From contig JBBIRK010000006.1 of NCBI GenBank assembly GCA_037441845.1, positions 96,001-160,000 of the forward strand: a stretch of 64,000 nucleotides of DNA, in the 5' to 3' direction. Source of the DNA: Candidatus Zixiibacteriota bacterium. GTDB taxonomy: Bacteria; Zixibacteria; MSB-5A5; UBA10806; 4484-95. Position 1 is the first letter of the stretch. Every line of letters starts with the position of its first letter. The notes beneath the pieces are model-generated. The model made no database searches, was not told the DNA's origin, and worked only from the letters and a program-made list of their open reading frames with translations. Both the position numbers and the translations under genes were made by a program. Below, piece after piece: positions 18,592-28,523 of this stretch.

Positions 18592-20046
18592 TTAGCCGAA
18601 ATCGATGAAAGCGGCCGGGTCTATTTTGTATTTATCTCCGTCGATTACGCTCTTGATATACAGCCCCGAAGCCTCCTCTTTGGAAAGGTCGATGACTTTT
18701 ATTTCCGTTTTCGGTCCCTCGCGATCGGCGATGACCTTGACCTCGGGCTTTTCCAGCATATCGGCGTTCGTTCTCGATACGATGGCGATTTCGTCGTTGT
18801 TGAGCCGGACCACGCTTCCCACGGGATAGATCCCGATCGTGTTTATGAACACCTTTACCAGCAGGGGATTGAAATCCGTTCCGGCCCGATTGACCAAATT
18901 GGTGATGACCTCGTCGCCGGCCATTCGCCTCGCATGGTAAATCCGGCCCGACATCATGGCGTTGAACGTGTCGGTGATCGCCACGATCTGGGCGAACAGG
19001 CAGGGGATTCTTTTTTGCAAGAGCTCGGGATAGCCGCCGCCGCCATAGGCGATATGGTGTTCGTAGGCGGTGGCCATGGCTTTTATCGACGATGGGTCGG
19101 TGCCGCGCGTTTTTAGTATGGCCTTGACCCCGAAAATGGGGTGCATCCTCATCTGTTGCCAATCCATGTCGTCGTATGCGGTCGGCTTGTTCAGCAATTC
19201 GATCGGGAGATTGATTTTGCCGATGTCGTGCAAAAGCGCGGCCACCCCGAGATCGGACAATTGCTTTTTGTCCAGTCCCAGGTGAACTCCGAGAACCAAG
19301 GATAGAACGCAAACATTTACCGAATGCACATAGGTGTACTCGTCGAAATCGCGCAATACCGTGAGTTCCACCATGATCGATTCGTTTTCGATTATCTGAT
19401 CGACCATGGATTGCACCGTCCTTTTCACCTTTGCGATATTTATCCGATTGCCGGATTTGGCGCTGTTCACGATATCCTGAACCGCTCCGATCGCGCTGAA
19501 AAAGGTTTTGCGCGCCTTCAACTTCAGGTTTTCGATCTTGTCTTTCGAAACCATTCGTTGGCTGTGCTTTTCGGCAACTTTTATGGGAGTAATATTCTCT
19601 ATTTGCAATTTTTCCAGACGCTCTTTGAACGCCTCGAGCGCCTCCTCGTTGTTCTCCGGCGGTTTGAAATGGACGAATCCGAAAATGAATCTGTCGATTT
19701 CCCTTGAATCGGCCTTGGAATATATGTTGAATCCCGAGATGGACAACGAATCGAACTTTTCCTTGAAATAATCCGCTGCCTCGTTGTCCGTCGAATCGAG
19801 CCTGATCCGCATATCGTTAAGGAAAAAATACCCTTCCTTGAAAGCGAACACCAGATTTGACTCCTCGGTGAATATCTCGGCCACGAGCTGCCGGAATTCG
19901 GTCGCCTGCTCGATATATCTGTTGTTGTTGACCTCATAAAGCGAGGCGGTTTTCAACAGCGAATAGAAGCTCCGGAAAAATTCGTAACCTATTTTGGATT
20001 GTTTTTCCTGGATATCCGGGCTCAGATTTGTCGATTTTTCGCTCAT
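18592..20046 (-). CDS. HD-GYP domain cyclic-dinucleotide phosphodiesterase
   Basis: HSVNV, LLHDIGK, EHH…GGYP, DTFNAM. Confidence 0.9.
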   Translation of the reverse strand: MSEKSTNLSPDIQEKQSKIGYEFFRSFYSLLKTASLYEVNNNRYIEQATEFRQLVAEIFTEESNLVFAFKEGYFFLNDMRIRLDSTDNEAADYFKEKFDSLSISGFNIYSKADSREIDRFIFGFVHFKPPENNEEALEAFKERLEKLQIENITPIKVAEKHSQRMVSKDKIENLKLKARKTFFSAIGAVQDIVNSAKSGNRINIAKVKRTVQSMVDQIIENESIMVELTVLRDFDEYTYVHSVNVCVLSLVLGVHLGLDKKQLSDLGVAALLHDIGKINLPIELLNKPTAYDDMDWQQMRMHPIFGVKAILKTRGTDPSSIKAMATAYEHHIAYGGGGYPELLQKRIPCLFAQIVAITDTFNAMMSGRIYHARRMAGDEVITNLVNRAGTDFNPLLVKVFINTIGIYPVGSVVRLNNDEIAIVSRTNADMLEKPEVKVIADREGPKTEIKVIDLSKEEASGLYIKSVIDGDKYKIDPAAFIDFG

Positions 20047-21821
20047 TTCTGCTCCCCCTTATCCATCGACAAAGCCTTGGTGGCGATGCTGGCCATCCTG
20101 CTGTCTTTGCTCGAGGCGAGTTTCCTGAGCATAAGCACAGCTTCCTGGTTGTTGATATGCCCCAAAGCAAGCGCCGCATAATGCCGCATTCTCTCGTCGG
20201 AGGACGAAGCGAACATCTTTTTGCCGAGAAGCGTTTTCAGATACGGCAAGGCACGCGTCTGCCCGAGCTCGGCGTAGGCCTCCAGGAACTCCCGAATCAA
20301 TTCCGGCGGTCTGTTCTTGAATGTCTTGTCCTTGATCACGTTCTCGATAGCCGCCAGAGCTCTCTTATAATTATGCTTCATCATATATTTCAAACTGAGC
20401 GCTTGAATCTTGAAATCGGGGTCGGACAACGCCAGAACCATGAAGTCACCGGCCTCCTCGGCCTTAACCCTGGCCGCCGCGTTAAGCGTTTCATAGCGAA
20501 CCCGATAATCGGGATGGCGAATCGTTCTTTTCAAGTAATTGATTATTTTCGGGTCGCCGATTTCTCCCATGATCCAGACGACATTACGCACGACATACCA
20601 CTTTACATCATCGAGACCTCTTGCCAGCAGTTCTATGTGATCGCGGGCAAGATCCACAAGCACGCGGCATATAATCTGGCGCGCCCGATATTCCTCAAGT
20701 TCCCCTAAAGCCGTGATCAGCGGATCTATTGCCGCCCACGGGAGTTTGCTCATGTAAAGCTGCAAGTTGCCCAGATCTATCTCTTTTTGTTCGTTCAAGG
20801 CTTTGGTCAAGAGCGCTATTTTTTCCTTGGAGGCGCATTCGAACAAGAAGGCTTCTATCTTTTCCGCGCGCGGATTTTTCATCGATTTCAAGACGCTCGA
20901 CATTTCCTGCAACCGTTCAAGCAACGCGCTGGCTCCCGATAGATTTCCAGCGGCGATGAATCCATCCAAAACTTTTCCGACGAACCCGAGCACCTCGGTG
21001 TAACCGGCCAATTCCTTTTCCATGCCCATTATCTCGAAAATCATCATAAGCAGATATTCGGTGTAATTGGTGCCCGCATCCGCCGCCAGCAGCTCCGCCA
21101 ATTCCTTTTTTTCCTCGGCCGAAAATTCCGATATTCGATTCAACATCTGATGAGATTTTTGCGTAAGACGGGAATAAGCCGGTCCGCGGAAAGGAGTCGT
21201 CTTCGGGTCCTTGCCGGAATCCTCGGATAGTTCGGATAAAGAAATGTCGCCTTCATTCAAAAAATATTCTTCGATATCTTTCGAACCGAACAATATGCTG
21301 GGCTTGAACTTATCGGTTGAATACTCGAAAGTTTCGATTTCCAGTCCGTCGTCTATCAAATCATATTCGATATTGTCGAAATTCTCCTCCCAAAGCAGGG
21401 TGGCCATATCGTTATCGACATATATCGTTCGCATCATTTTGGCCAGCAAATCGACGAACCGGCCGAGCTCATCGGGCGCGATCCCCGACAAAAATCTCAA
21501 CCCCGTAACCCCGTCTCTGAAAAATACATGGGCGAAATTTTCCGCGCGGTTGGAATTTTCGTATATCACGTTATCTTCATAGCTGATCGTCGAAGCCGTG
21601 ATTTTGAAGCCGATGCCGTTGGCTTCCTCGACCAGCTCCTTACCGCGTTTACCAAATTCCTCCCTGAACTGCGTCGGCAATTGCGAATTTGCCGGATATA
21701 CCAGTTTCGCCTTGACAGCTTTGATCATTAGATTGAGAAATTCTTGGGCTGCCTTTGGGTGTTGCCTTTTCAGGTCTTCGATTTCGTTTTCGAGGTATTT
21801 AAGATCTTGCGATGCGGTCAT
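20043..21821 (-). CDS. HEAT-repeat protein
   Basis: DVKWYVVRNVVWIMGEIG, HPDYRVR, DPDFKIQ, DERMRHYAALALG; its stop overlaps the HD-GYP start. Confidence 0.85.
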   Translation of the reverse strand: MTASQDLKYLENEIEDLKRQHPKAAQEFLNLMIKAVKAKLVYPANSQLPTQFREEFGKRGKELVEEANGIGFKITASTISYEDNVIYENSNRAENFAHVFFRDGVTGLRFLSGIAPDELGRFVDLLAKMMRTIYVDNDMATLLWEENFDNIEYDLIDDGLEIETFEYSTDKFKPSILFGSKDIEEYFLNEGDISLSELSEDSGKDPKTTPFRGPAYSRLTQKSHQMLNRISEFSAEEKKELAELLAADAGTNYTEYLLMMIFEIMGMEKELAGYTEVLGFVGKVLDGFIAAGNLSGASALLERLQEMSSVLKSMKNPRAEKIEAFLFECASKEKIALLTKALNEQKEIDLGNLQLYMSKLPWAAIDPLITALGELEEYRARQIICRVLVDLARDHIELLARGLDDVKWYVVRNVVWIMGEIGDPKIINYLKRTIRHPDYRVRYETLNAAARVKAEEAGDFMVLALSDPDFKIQALSLKYMMKHNYKRALAAIENVIKDKTFKNRPPELIREFLEAYAELGQTRALPYLKTLLGKKMFASSSDERMRHYAALALGHINNQEAVLMLRKLASSKDSRMASIATKALSMDKGEQK

Positions 21822-22008
21822 GATATTATCCTGCCGTCTCTTCCGAAGGCGGTCGGCGATCAGGCCTATATTGCATTATCGGCACAAATAAGCGGTTCTT
21901 CATGCAACGCGGATAACGGCAAGCACGATGTCGGAGTTATAAGTCGTTTTATTGATGCGGCATTACAGCCGATCGATGCGGGTCAAAGATATGCGGCGAC
22001 GGACCTAA

Positions 22009-22944
22009 TTATATTGAATCGAGTTCGATCGCCTTATACACAAATCCCCCCGCGCGCTCGAGTCGTGACCTTGCCGCCGATAGATCGCAATTCAACTTGC
22101 CCATGATTATGGCCAATTTTACGTTTCCCCGCGCCCGCTCAAGCAGATTTTCGGCGGTCCGGTAATCGCAATTGACGGCGCGACTAATAACGCTTTTGGA
22201 TCTTTCGATCAATTTTTGCGATGTCGCCTGCAGGTCAACCATCATGTTGCGGTAAACCTTGCCCAATCGTATCATCGTCGTCGTGGAAATCATGGTGAGG
22301 ATCATCTTCTCCGCCAGTGCCGCCTTCATTCGAGTCGAGCCGGTCAACACCTCCGGTCCGACCACCGGATTAATTATCAAATCGTAAGGATATTCTTCAA
22401 TAAGCGGATTACAGGAAATCAATATGGTCTTGGCCTTTTTGGCATGCGCCCGGTCGAGACCGCCTATTACATACGGCGTTCTTTGTGATGCGGTAAGTCC
22501 GATAACCGTGTCTTTCTCGGAAACTCGGATCGTTTCGATATCCTTTCCGCCGTCGTCGTAATTGTCTTCGACCCCCTCGGCGGATCTGATCAGAGATGGC
22601 GGCCCCCCGGCAATGAGCCCGATAATTTTATCAGGCGAGGTTCCGAATGTAGGCGGGCATTCGGCGGCATCAAGCACTCCCAGGCGGCCTGAGGTCCCGG
22701 CGCCGATATAAATAAGCCTTCCTCCCCGTGAAAGCGAATTTTCGACCATCTTCACGGCGAGGGCGATTTTGGGGATTTCCCCGCGTACGATCAGAGCGAC
22801 TTTCGCATCTTCGATGTTTATCAGTTCGAGAATCTCGATTGTCGCAAGTCTGTCGAGATCAATGCTGTCGGGATTGGGCGATTCCGTAACTAATTTTTGA
22901 AGATAATCGAACAGCTCTTTTCCTGAACGGGGAGGCTGTCTCAT
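22009..22944 (-). CDS. murQ: N-acetylmuramic acid 6-phosphate etherase
   Basis: GAGTSGRLGVLDAAECPPTFG, GPEVLTGSTRMKA, VYRNMMVD. Confidence 0.95.
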   Translation of the reverse strand: MRQPPRSGKELFDYLQKLVTESPNPDSIDLDRLATIEILELINIEDAKVALIVRGEIPKIALAVKMVENSLSRGGRLIYIGAGTSGRLGVLDAAECPPTFGTSPDKIIGLIAGGPPSLIRSAEGVEDNYDDGGKDIETIRVSEKDTVIGLTASQRTPYVIGGLDRAHAKKAKTILISCNPLIEEYPYDLIINPVVGPEVLTGSTRMKAALAEKMILTMISTTTMIRLGKVYRNMMVDLQATSQKLIERSKSVISRAVNCDYRTAENLLERARGNVKLAIIMGKLNCDLSAARSRLERAGGFVYKAIELDSI

Positions 22945-22948
22945 CGCA

Positions 22949-23686
22949 TTAAAATGAAACGAATATGGAATCGCGAAGGCATATCCGCCCGTAGCCGACA
23001 CTTCCTCGGGGGCTGCTCAATTGACTTGCTGGGAGGGAATCCGGCAACGGAATCCACATATTTTCGGCCGGCAGGAAGCCGCGCGTAAACGCTCCGACAT
23101 ATACGTAGTAAATATCGAATCGGAAAGAACCCAACTGATCCTGAAATGCGGTTTCCGGTATGATATAGCTCGGATTAATGCCGGCATAAAACGATACCGG
23201 CCTTACCCCAGTTATACGATGATTTTTCCCTACGACGCTGACGAAATAACGAGTCGTTTCCCTTGCCGCAGGTCGTGACCATTGCACCAACACGGCCATC
23301 CCCGAGGGGTTATTTCGAGGCGTTATCGATGTAATCGAAAAACTGCCGGGCATTTCGATAGATATCGAGCTGCTGTATCTATCCCGCGATGAGGCGAAGA
23401 CGATCGTCAAATCGCCGTCTGGAATGGTGAATGACGGAGAATAAGCTTGGTATTTTCCTGATCCCGCCGCTTGAATCTGTTGACCCGCGAATAGTATGGT
23501 GGCGCTGTCATAGGGATTGCCGTTTCTGGTAAGAACCGCCTCGAACAAACTGCCTGACGTGTTGTCATCTTTGATCGCCGTCGCCTCGACCTCAAAGAAT
23601 GCGACGGGCGTATTCGAATTTAGTGTGCGCCGATTATCGCAGGCGATCAGAAGCAAGCAAATCAGAATGATGGCAGTAGATTTCAT
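22949..23686 (-). CDS. Hypothetical lipoprotein, beta-rich
   Basis: Lipobox LLIAC after a short hydrophobic stretch. Confidence 0.7.
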   Translation of the reverse strand: MKSTAIILICLLLIACDNRRTLNSNTPVAFFEVEATAIKDDNTSGSLFEAVLTRNGNPYDSATILFAGQQIQAAGSGKYQAYSPSFTIPDGDLTIVFASSRDRYSSSISIEMPGSFSITSITPRNNPSGMAVLVQWSRPAARETTRYFVSVVGKNHRITGVRPVSFYAGINPSYIIPETAFQDQLGSFRFDIYYVYVGAFTRGFLPAENMWIPLPDSLPASQLSSPRGSVGYGRICLRDSIFVSF

Positions 23687-23907
23687 CAATATAATTTACA
23701 TCTCTACCGCTTTTTTGTCAATGATATGTAAGAAATGAAAAACGGTTCGCTTTCTTTGAAATATCGGGCTTCGTCCGGCAAATAAGCCTTGTTCGATTCG
23801 ATGGTTCTCGATCTCACGGCCGCGGCCGCCGGTTCATTTTCAGAAACATCCCGAAGGCGGCCAAATATAAATGGAATTGCCGCCGGGAAAATGATATTAT
23901 AATTACG

Positions 23908-24417
23908 ATGAGTAACGGCGAAAAAAGCATAGCCAGAATATTTTCGGGCATAATACTGGTCATTCTCGGCCTGTTCCTGCTTATAGGGGAATTGGCGGAA
24001 TTATCTTGGGGCGAGCATTTCTGGCCGATTTTTTTGCTTTTGGGCGGAATGTTGTTTTATTCCGGCTATTTTTCCGTCAAGGCGCGTCGGTCCGGCAGCG
24101 AGGGGTTATTGTTTCCCGGAACTTACCTGATTATACTCGGAGGACTTTTCCTTTTGCTGAATTTTATCGGTTGGGAATATATGCGATATCTCTGGCCGAC
24201 ATTTGTATTCGGCGTCGCCGTTTCCCTCTGGGTTGTGCGTTCATCTATGCCGATCGAAAACGCCGCGAGAAGAAAATCGCTCAAGTCGAGCATCATCACT
24301 CTGTCGCTGATTTCAGCCATATTCTACTTGATGGCGCTGAAAGTTGCGGTTCTCTGGCCGGTGGCCATAATAGTGATCGGCATAATCATAATCGCCAAAG
24401 GTTTGACGAAATTCTGA
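23908..24417 (+). CDS. Membrane protein (LiaF/DUF5668-like 'WP' repeats)
   Basis: Multiple TM helices with repeated FWP/LWP motifs. Confidence 0.7.
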   Translation: MSNGEKSIARIFSGIILVILGLFLLIGELAELSWGEHFWPIFLLLGGMLFYSGYFSVKARRSGSEGLLFPGTYLIILGGLFLLLNFIGWEYMRYLWPTFVFGVAVSLWVVRSSMPIENAARRKSLKSSIITLSLISAIFYLMALKVAVLWPVAIIVIGIIIIAKGLTKF

Positions 24418-24454
24418 AGAATCCCGGCCGAATCGATTTTGCGAGGTTTTCCCT

Positions 24455-25462
24455 CTATAGAGATCTCGAGGTCACCTCGCCGGCGGCATAAGCCCTGATA
24501 CCGTCTTTAGATTTTATTATCAGACCGCCGTTATCATCAAAACCTATCGCCTTGCCGGTGACTCTTTTCTTGCCGCATTGCAAAGTTATATTTTTGCCCA
24601 CCACCGCCGAATGTGCCACCAGCTCCGGTCCTGCGAATTTCAATCCATGCCGGCAATAATTGATATAAAGTTTTTCGAATTCGCGCAGAATCTCTTGAAG
24701 AATTTTCACGCGCGGAATCGGCTTTCTATAAATCATCTCGACCGAGGCCGTTTTTTTGGCCAGACTACGGGGAAAATCGGCGGCCTTACCCAAAACGTTC
24801 ACCCCTATGCCGACAATTACATACTCCACCCGGTCCAGTTCGGCCTCCAGCTCGACCAGAATTCCGGATAGTTTGCGCGACCCATAGAGCACGTCGTTCG
24901 GCCATTTGAGTTTCAATTCCACTCCCGTGAGATTGTCGATCGCCCGGATCACGGCCAATCCGGCGATCAGGGATATCCCCGGTGTCTGAATCGGCGGAAG
25001 TTTCGGCCGGAGGACGATCGAAAAATAAAGGCCGCGCCCCGGCGGCGAATGCCAGCTTCTGCCCAATCGGCCACGCCCTCTTGTCTGCGTATCGGCTATC
25101 ACCAGAGTCCCTTCGGGAAACGACGCTTGGGCCAATCCATGCGCCGTTTCGTTGGTCGAAACCAGCGATTGGTAGGAAAATATCCGGCAGCCGAAAATAT
25201 GGCAATCAAGCCCGGCGGCCACCTCCACCGCCAAGATGGTGTCGGGGATTTCGCCGAGCTCATATCCGCCGGCATCGGCTTTAAGATCATATCCGCAGCT
25301 TCGCAAATACGATATGGAATCGTAAACGCGATGCAGCGATATGTTCAGCGATTCCTTTATTTCCCGAGCCGAGACGACTCTGCCGGAATGCGCTTTCAGA
25401 TACGCCAGAATCTGCGCTTGCACCTCCGGAATACCATTAGCTTCCGAAATGCTGTTCATCAT
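24455..25462 (-). CDS. birA: Bifunctional biotin--[ACC] ligase / repressor
   Basis: N-terminal HTH, STN, QTRGRGRLGRSW, KWPNDV, KLSGILVE. Confidence 0.95.
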   Translation of the reverse strand: MMNSISEANGIPEVQAQILAYLKAHSGRVVSAREIKESLNISLHRVYDSISYLRSCGYDLKADAGGYELGEIPDTILAVEVAAGLDCHIFGCRIFSYQSLVSTNETAHGLAQASFPEGTLVIADTQTRGRGRLGRSWHSPPGRGLYFSIVLRPKLPPIQTPGISLIAGLAVIRAIDNLTGVELKLKWPNDVLYGSRKLSGILVELEAELDRVEYVIVGIGVNVLGKAADFPRSLAKKTASVEMIYRKPIPRVKILQEILREFEKLYINYCRHGLKFAGPELVAHSAVVGKNITLQCGKKRVTGKAIGFDDNGGLIIKSKDGIRAYAAGEVTSRSL

Positions 25463-26282
25463 ACTCCAACGAAAAATCGACTATCGGCGCGGAATGAGTC
25501 AACGCCCCCACCGAAATATAATCCACTCCGCAATCCGCTATTCCGGCGACCGACTCGAGAGTCACCCCGCCGGATACCTCGATTTTAATTTTCTTGCTCG
25601 TTTGGCGGATCTGTTTCACCGCCTTTTTGATCATTGCCAACGGAAAATTGTCCAGCATTATGATATCAGGCCGATACCGCAGAGCCTCGGCCAAATCGGC
25701 GAGATTTCCCACCTCGACTTCGACTTTCCGCTTTACGATTCTTGTTTTGGCGAGTGCTGCGCCGATTCCTCCCGCTGCCGCAATATGATTGTCCTTAATA
25801 AGAATCATATCGTATAAACCGAATCGATGATTTCCACCGCCTCCGTGTACAACCGCTTTTTTCTCCAGCCAACGGAGAGCCGGCGTCGTCTTTCTGGTAT
25901 CGAGAATCCTGGCTCGACTGCCTTTGATTCGAGCGACATACTGGGAGGTCAACGTGGCGATCCCCGAAAGCCGGCATAACAAATTCAGTGCCAGCCTTTC
26001 ACCGGCGAAAAGCGATCTTGTCGGCCCCGCGATACGCGCTATTTTCATCCATTTCGCAACCGGCATACCATCCCGGACAAGAAACCTGACTGAAATCTTT
26101 CGATCCACCAGGCGATAAACATACTTGAATGCTTCGGAACCCGATAAAATCCCCGGCGATTTTGCGACAACGAAAGCCGATCCCATATGTTTGCTCGGCA
26201 CAATCAATTTCGAAGTGATATCCCCATTGCCGAGGTCCTCGCAGAGAGCCAGCTTTATTACGGATCGGCAAATTTTATCCAT
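25437..26282 (-). CDS. nadC: Quinolinate phosphoribosyltransferase
   Basis: EDLGNGDIT, DTRKTTP, HRFGL, IKDNH, IMLDN, SGG, SVGALTHSA. Confidence 0.96.
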   Translation of the reverse strand: MDKICRSVIKLALCEDLGNGDITSKLIVPSKHMGSAFVVAKSPGILSGSEAFKYVYRLVDRKISVRFLVRDGMPVAKWMKIARIAGPTRSLFAGERLALNLLCRLSGIATLTSQYVARIKGSRARILDTRKTTPALRWLEKKAVVHGGGGNHRFGLYDMILIKDNHIAAAGGIGAALAKTRIVKRKVEVEVGNLADLAEALRYRPDIIMLDNFPLAMIKKAVKQIRQTSKKIKIEVSGGVTLESVAGIADCGVDYISVGALTHSAPIVDFSLEYDEQHFGS

Positions 26283-26376
26283 GTGCGGAATTAATCGAAG
26301 CAATCCGCTTGCTGTCAATTAAAAATGTTGACTTTGGTGGTCATTGCTGGTATTTCCTGATCAAGGATGGTCGGTT

Positions 26377-28020
26377 ATGCAGCCCGACAATTATTGCCTA
26401 TATCCTGAATATCACCACAAATCTTGTTTGATCAGCATTTTTCGGAATCCCGATGTCGATATCGCGGGCGTTCAAGATGACATAACCGTATGTTACGGCT
26501 GCGAGAGATTCAAGAGGATCGCCTCGCGGGGAATCGGCCGGCGCGAGGCCGATCAGGTTATCGGCGATACGGTGATCAAGCTGATGCAGCAGCTCGCTTA
26601 TAAAAACGATAAGTTAAAGCAGACCGCCGCCGAGCTGAAAAGCACAGTGGAACAGCTGACGCTGTTTAAGAGTATCGCCGATGCCATAGCCCGCAGCCCG
26701 AGTCTCGATAAGAGTCTTCGGATTATGCTTACCGGCGCCACTTCAGGGGACGCCATCGGATTCAATCGCGCCGGAGTGCTGCTGGTCAACGAATATACCG
26801 GTACCCTCGAGGGCAAATGCGCGGTCGGCCCGATCGATTCAGCCGAGGCGCAGGCAATTTGGGCGAAAGTCTCCGGAGTCCCCGTAAAACAACTGCTCGA
26901 TAACATACTGGCCGATAATATGAATGCCGAATTCACCCTCGAATCTTTTATAAGACGCGCCAAGATACCCCTTTCCGACAAAAACAATCCTTTGGTGCAG
27001 GTGCTTGTTTATTCAAACAGCCAAACGCTGCAGTTGCGGGCCGCGGATTTCGTCGCCTCCGATATCTCTTGGTGGCCTAATATTTCCGATATAATGGCGG
27101 TTCCCTTGAAATCGGAACAGCGAGTTCTCGGACTGGTTTTGGCCGACAATGCGATAACCGGCAAACCTTTCACCGATGAATCCGCCGAAGCCTTGAAATC
27201 ATTGGTGAACGCCTGCGCACCCGGTATCGAGAACAGCATCCTGCAGCAGGAGCTTTTCCTTAAATTAAAGGAATTGGAACGGGTTCATGATTTGCTCCGG
27301 GCCAATCAGAAATATCTGGTTCACCATGAGCGTTTAGCCGATATAGGAATGCTGGCCACCAAAGTGGCCCACGAATTCAAAATCCCGCTGGTGACGATCG
27401 GCGGTTACGCCCGACGCCTCAAGGCCCTTGCGTCAACCGGCAGGATCGACTCCGCTTTAATCGAAATCATCATTTCCGAAATCGATCGTCTGCTGACGAT
27501 CAATTCCGAAATCCTCGAGTATTCGCGGGCGCCCAAATTGAGCCTGAGAGAATGCGATTTGTGCGAACTCTTGACCGATGCGATTGCACAGATGAAAGAC
27601 AGGATGGCCGGTATGGCGATCGAAACCGGGATCGAGTTCCATAAGAAAAAAATGATGATTAAAATCGATCCCGAAAGGATGCGGCAGGTGGTCTTGAATC
27701 TCGTGGCCAATGCCGTCGAGGCGATGAAAAAAGGCGGACGCCTCACGATTCGCACCCGCCAGGACAACGACTACGTCGTGATAGAAATCCAGGATACGGG
27801 CGAGGGAATAGCGGCGGAAGAGATGGACAATCTGTTCCGGTTGTTTTATACGACAAAATCTAATGGATCCGGCCTCGGCTTGCCTGTTACCAAGAAAATT
27901 ATCGATGACCACGGCGGTTTTATAAATGTCCGCTCGAAAAAGGGGGAAGGCACCACTTTCTATGTCCATTTGCCTGTTGCGGAATCGAGCGAAAAAAAGA
28001 AGAAAGATTCGACCGCATAG
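26377..28020 (+). CDS. GAF-domain sensor histidine kinase with Cys-rich N-terminus
   Basis: GFNRA…ADN GAF region; H-box VAHEFKIPL; NLVANA, DTGEG, GSGLGL. Confidence 0.9.
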   Translation: MQPDNYCLYPEYHHKSCLISIFRNPDVDIAGVQDDITVCYGCERFKRIASRGIGRREADQVIGDTVIKLMQQLAYKNDKLKQTAAELKSTVEQLTLFKSIADAIARSPSLDKSLRIMLTGATSGDAIGFNRAGVLLVNEYTGTLEGKCAVGPIDSAEAQAIWAKVSGVPVKQLLDNILADNMNAEFTLESFIRRAKIPLSDKNNPLVQVLVYSNSQTLQLRAADFVASDISWWPNISDIMAVPLKSEQRVLGLVLADNAITGKPFTDESAEALKSLVNACAPGIENSILQQELFLKLKELERVHDLLRANQKYLVHHERLADIGMLATKVAHEFKIPLVTIGGYARRLKALASTGRIDSALIEIIISEIDRLLTINSEILEYSRAPKLSLRECDLCELLTDAIAQMKDRMAGMAIETGIEFHKKKMMIKIDPERMRQVVLNLVANAVEAMKKGGRLTIRTRQDNDYVVIEIQDTGEGIAAEEMDNLFRLFYTTKSNGSGLGLPVTKKIIDDHGGFINVRSKKGEGTTFYVHLPVAESSEKKKKDSTA

Positions 28021-28062
28021 ATGTTTTCATGCGTATGAATAAATAAGAGGAGGGAAATTGAT

Positions 28063-28416
28063 ATGCCGAAAGTGATGGTTGTCGAAGACGAGAAAAATCT
28101 CTTGAAACTTTATAAGGATGAACTCGAAGACGACGGTTTCGAGGTCATGCCGGTCGATAACGGCAGGCAAGTCTTGTCCGCCCTTGAGCAGTTTCGACCG
28201 CAGCTGGTTGTGCTTGATATAAAGCTTGGCGATGTCGAAGGATTAGAGGTTCTCGAACAGATAAAGCAGTTCGACCGGGGATTGCCGGTGATTCTCAACT
28301 CCGCCTATTCGTCATACAAAGCCAATTTCTCGAGCTGGATCGCCGACGATTATATCGTTAAGTCGCCCGATCTTACTGAACTGAAAGAAAGTATCAGACG
28401 ACATCTGGCTAATTGA
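28063..28416 (+). CDS. Single-domain response regulator
   Basis: VVEDE, VVLDI, ILNSAY, YIVKS. Confidence 0.92.
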   Translation: MPKVMVVEDEKNLLKLYKDELEDDGFEVMPVDNGRQVLSALEQFRPQLVVLDIKLGDVEGLEVLEQIKQFDRGLPVILNSAYSSYKANFSSWIADDYIVKSPDLTELKESIRRHLAN

Positions 28417-28523
28417 CCGGATTTTCCTTTTCACCCGATCTTTTCTTGCGACGATTACCCCAACCGCTTTTATGGCAAGGGCTCGGGCCGTTTCCATCGT
28501 CAGGTTCTATCAACATCTGCGGA

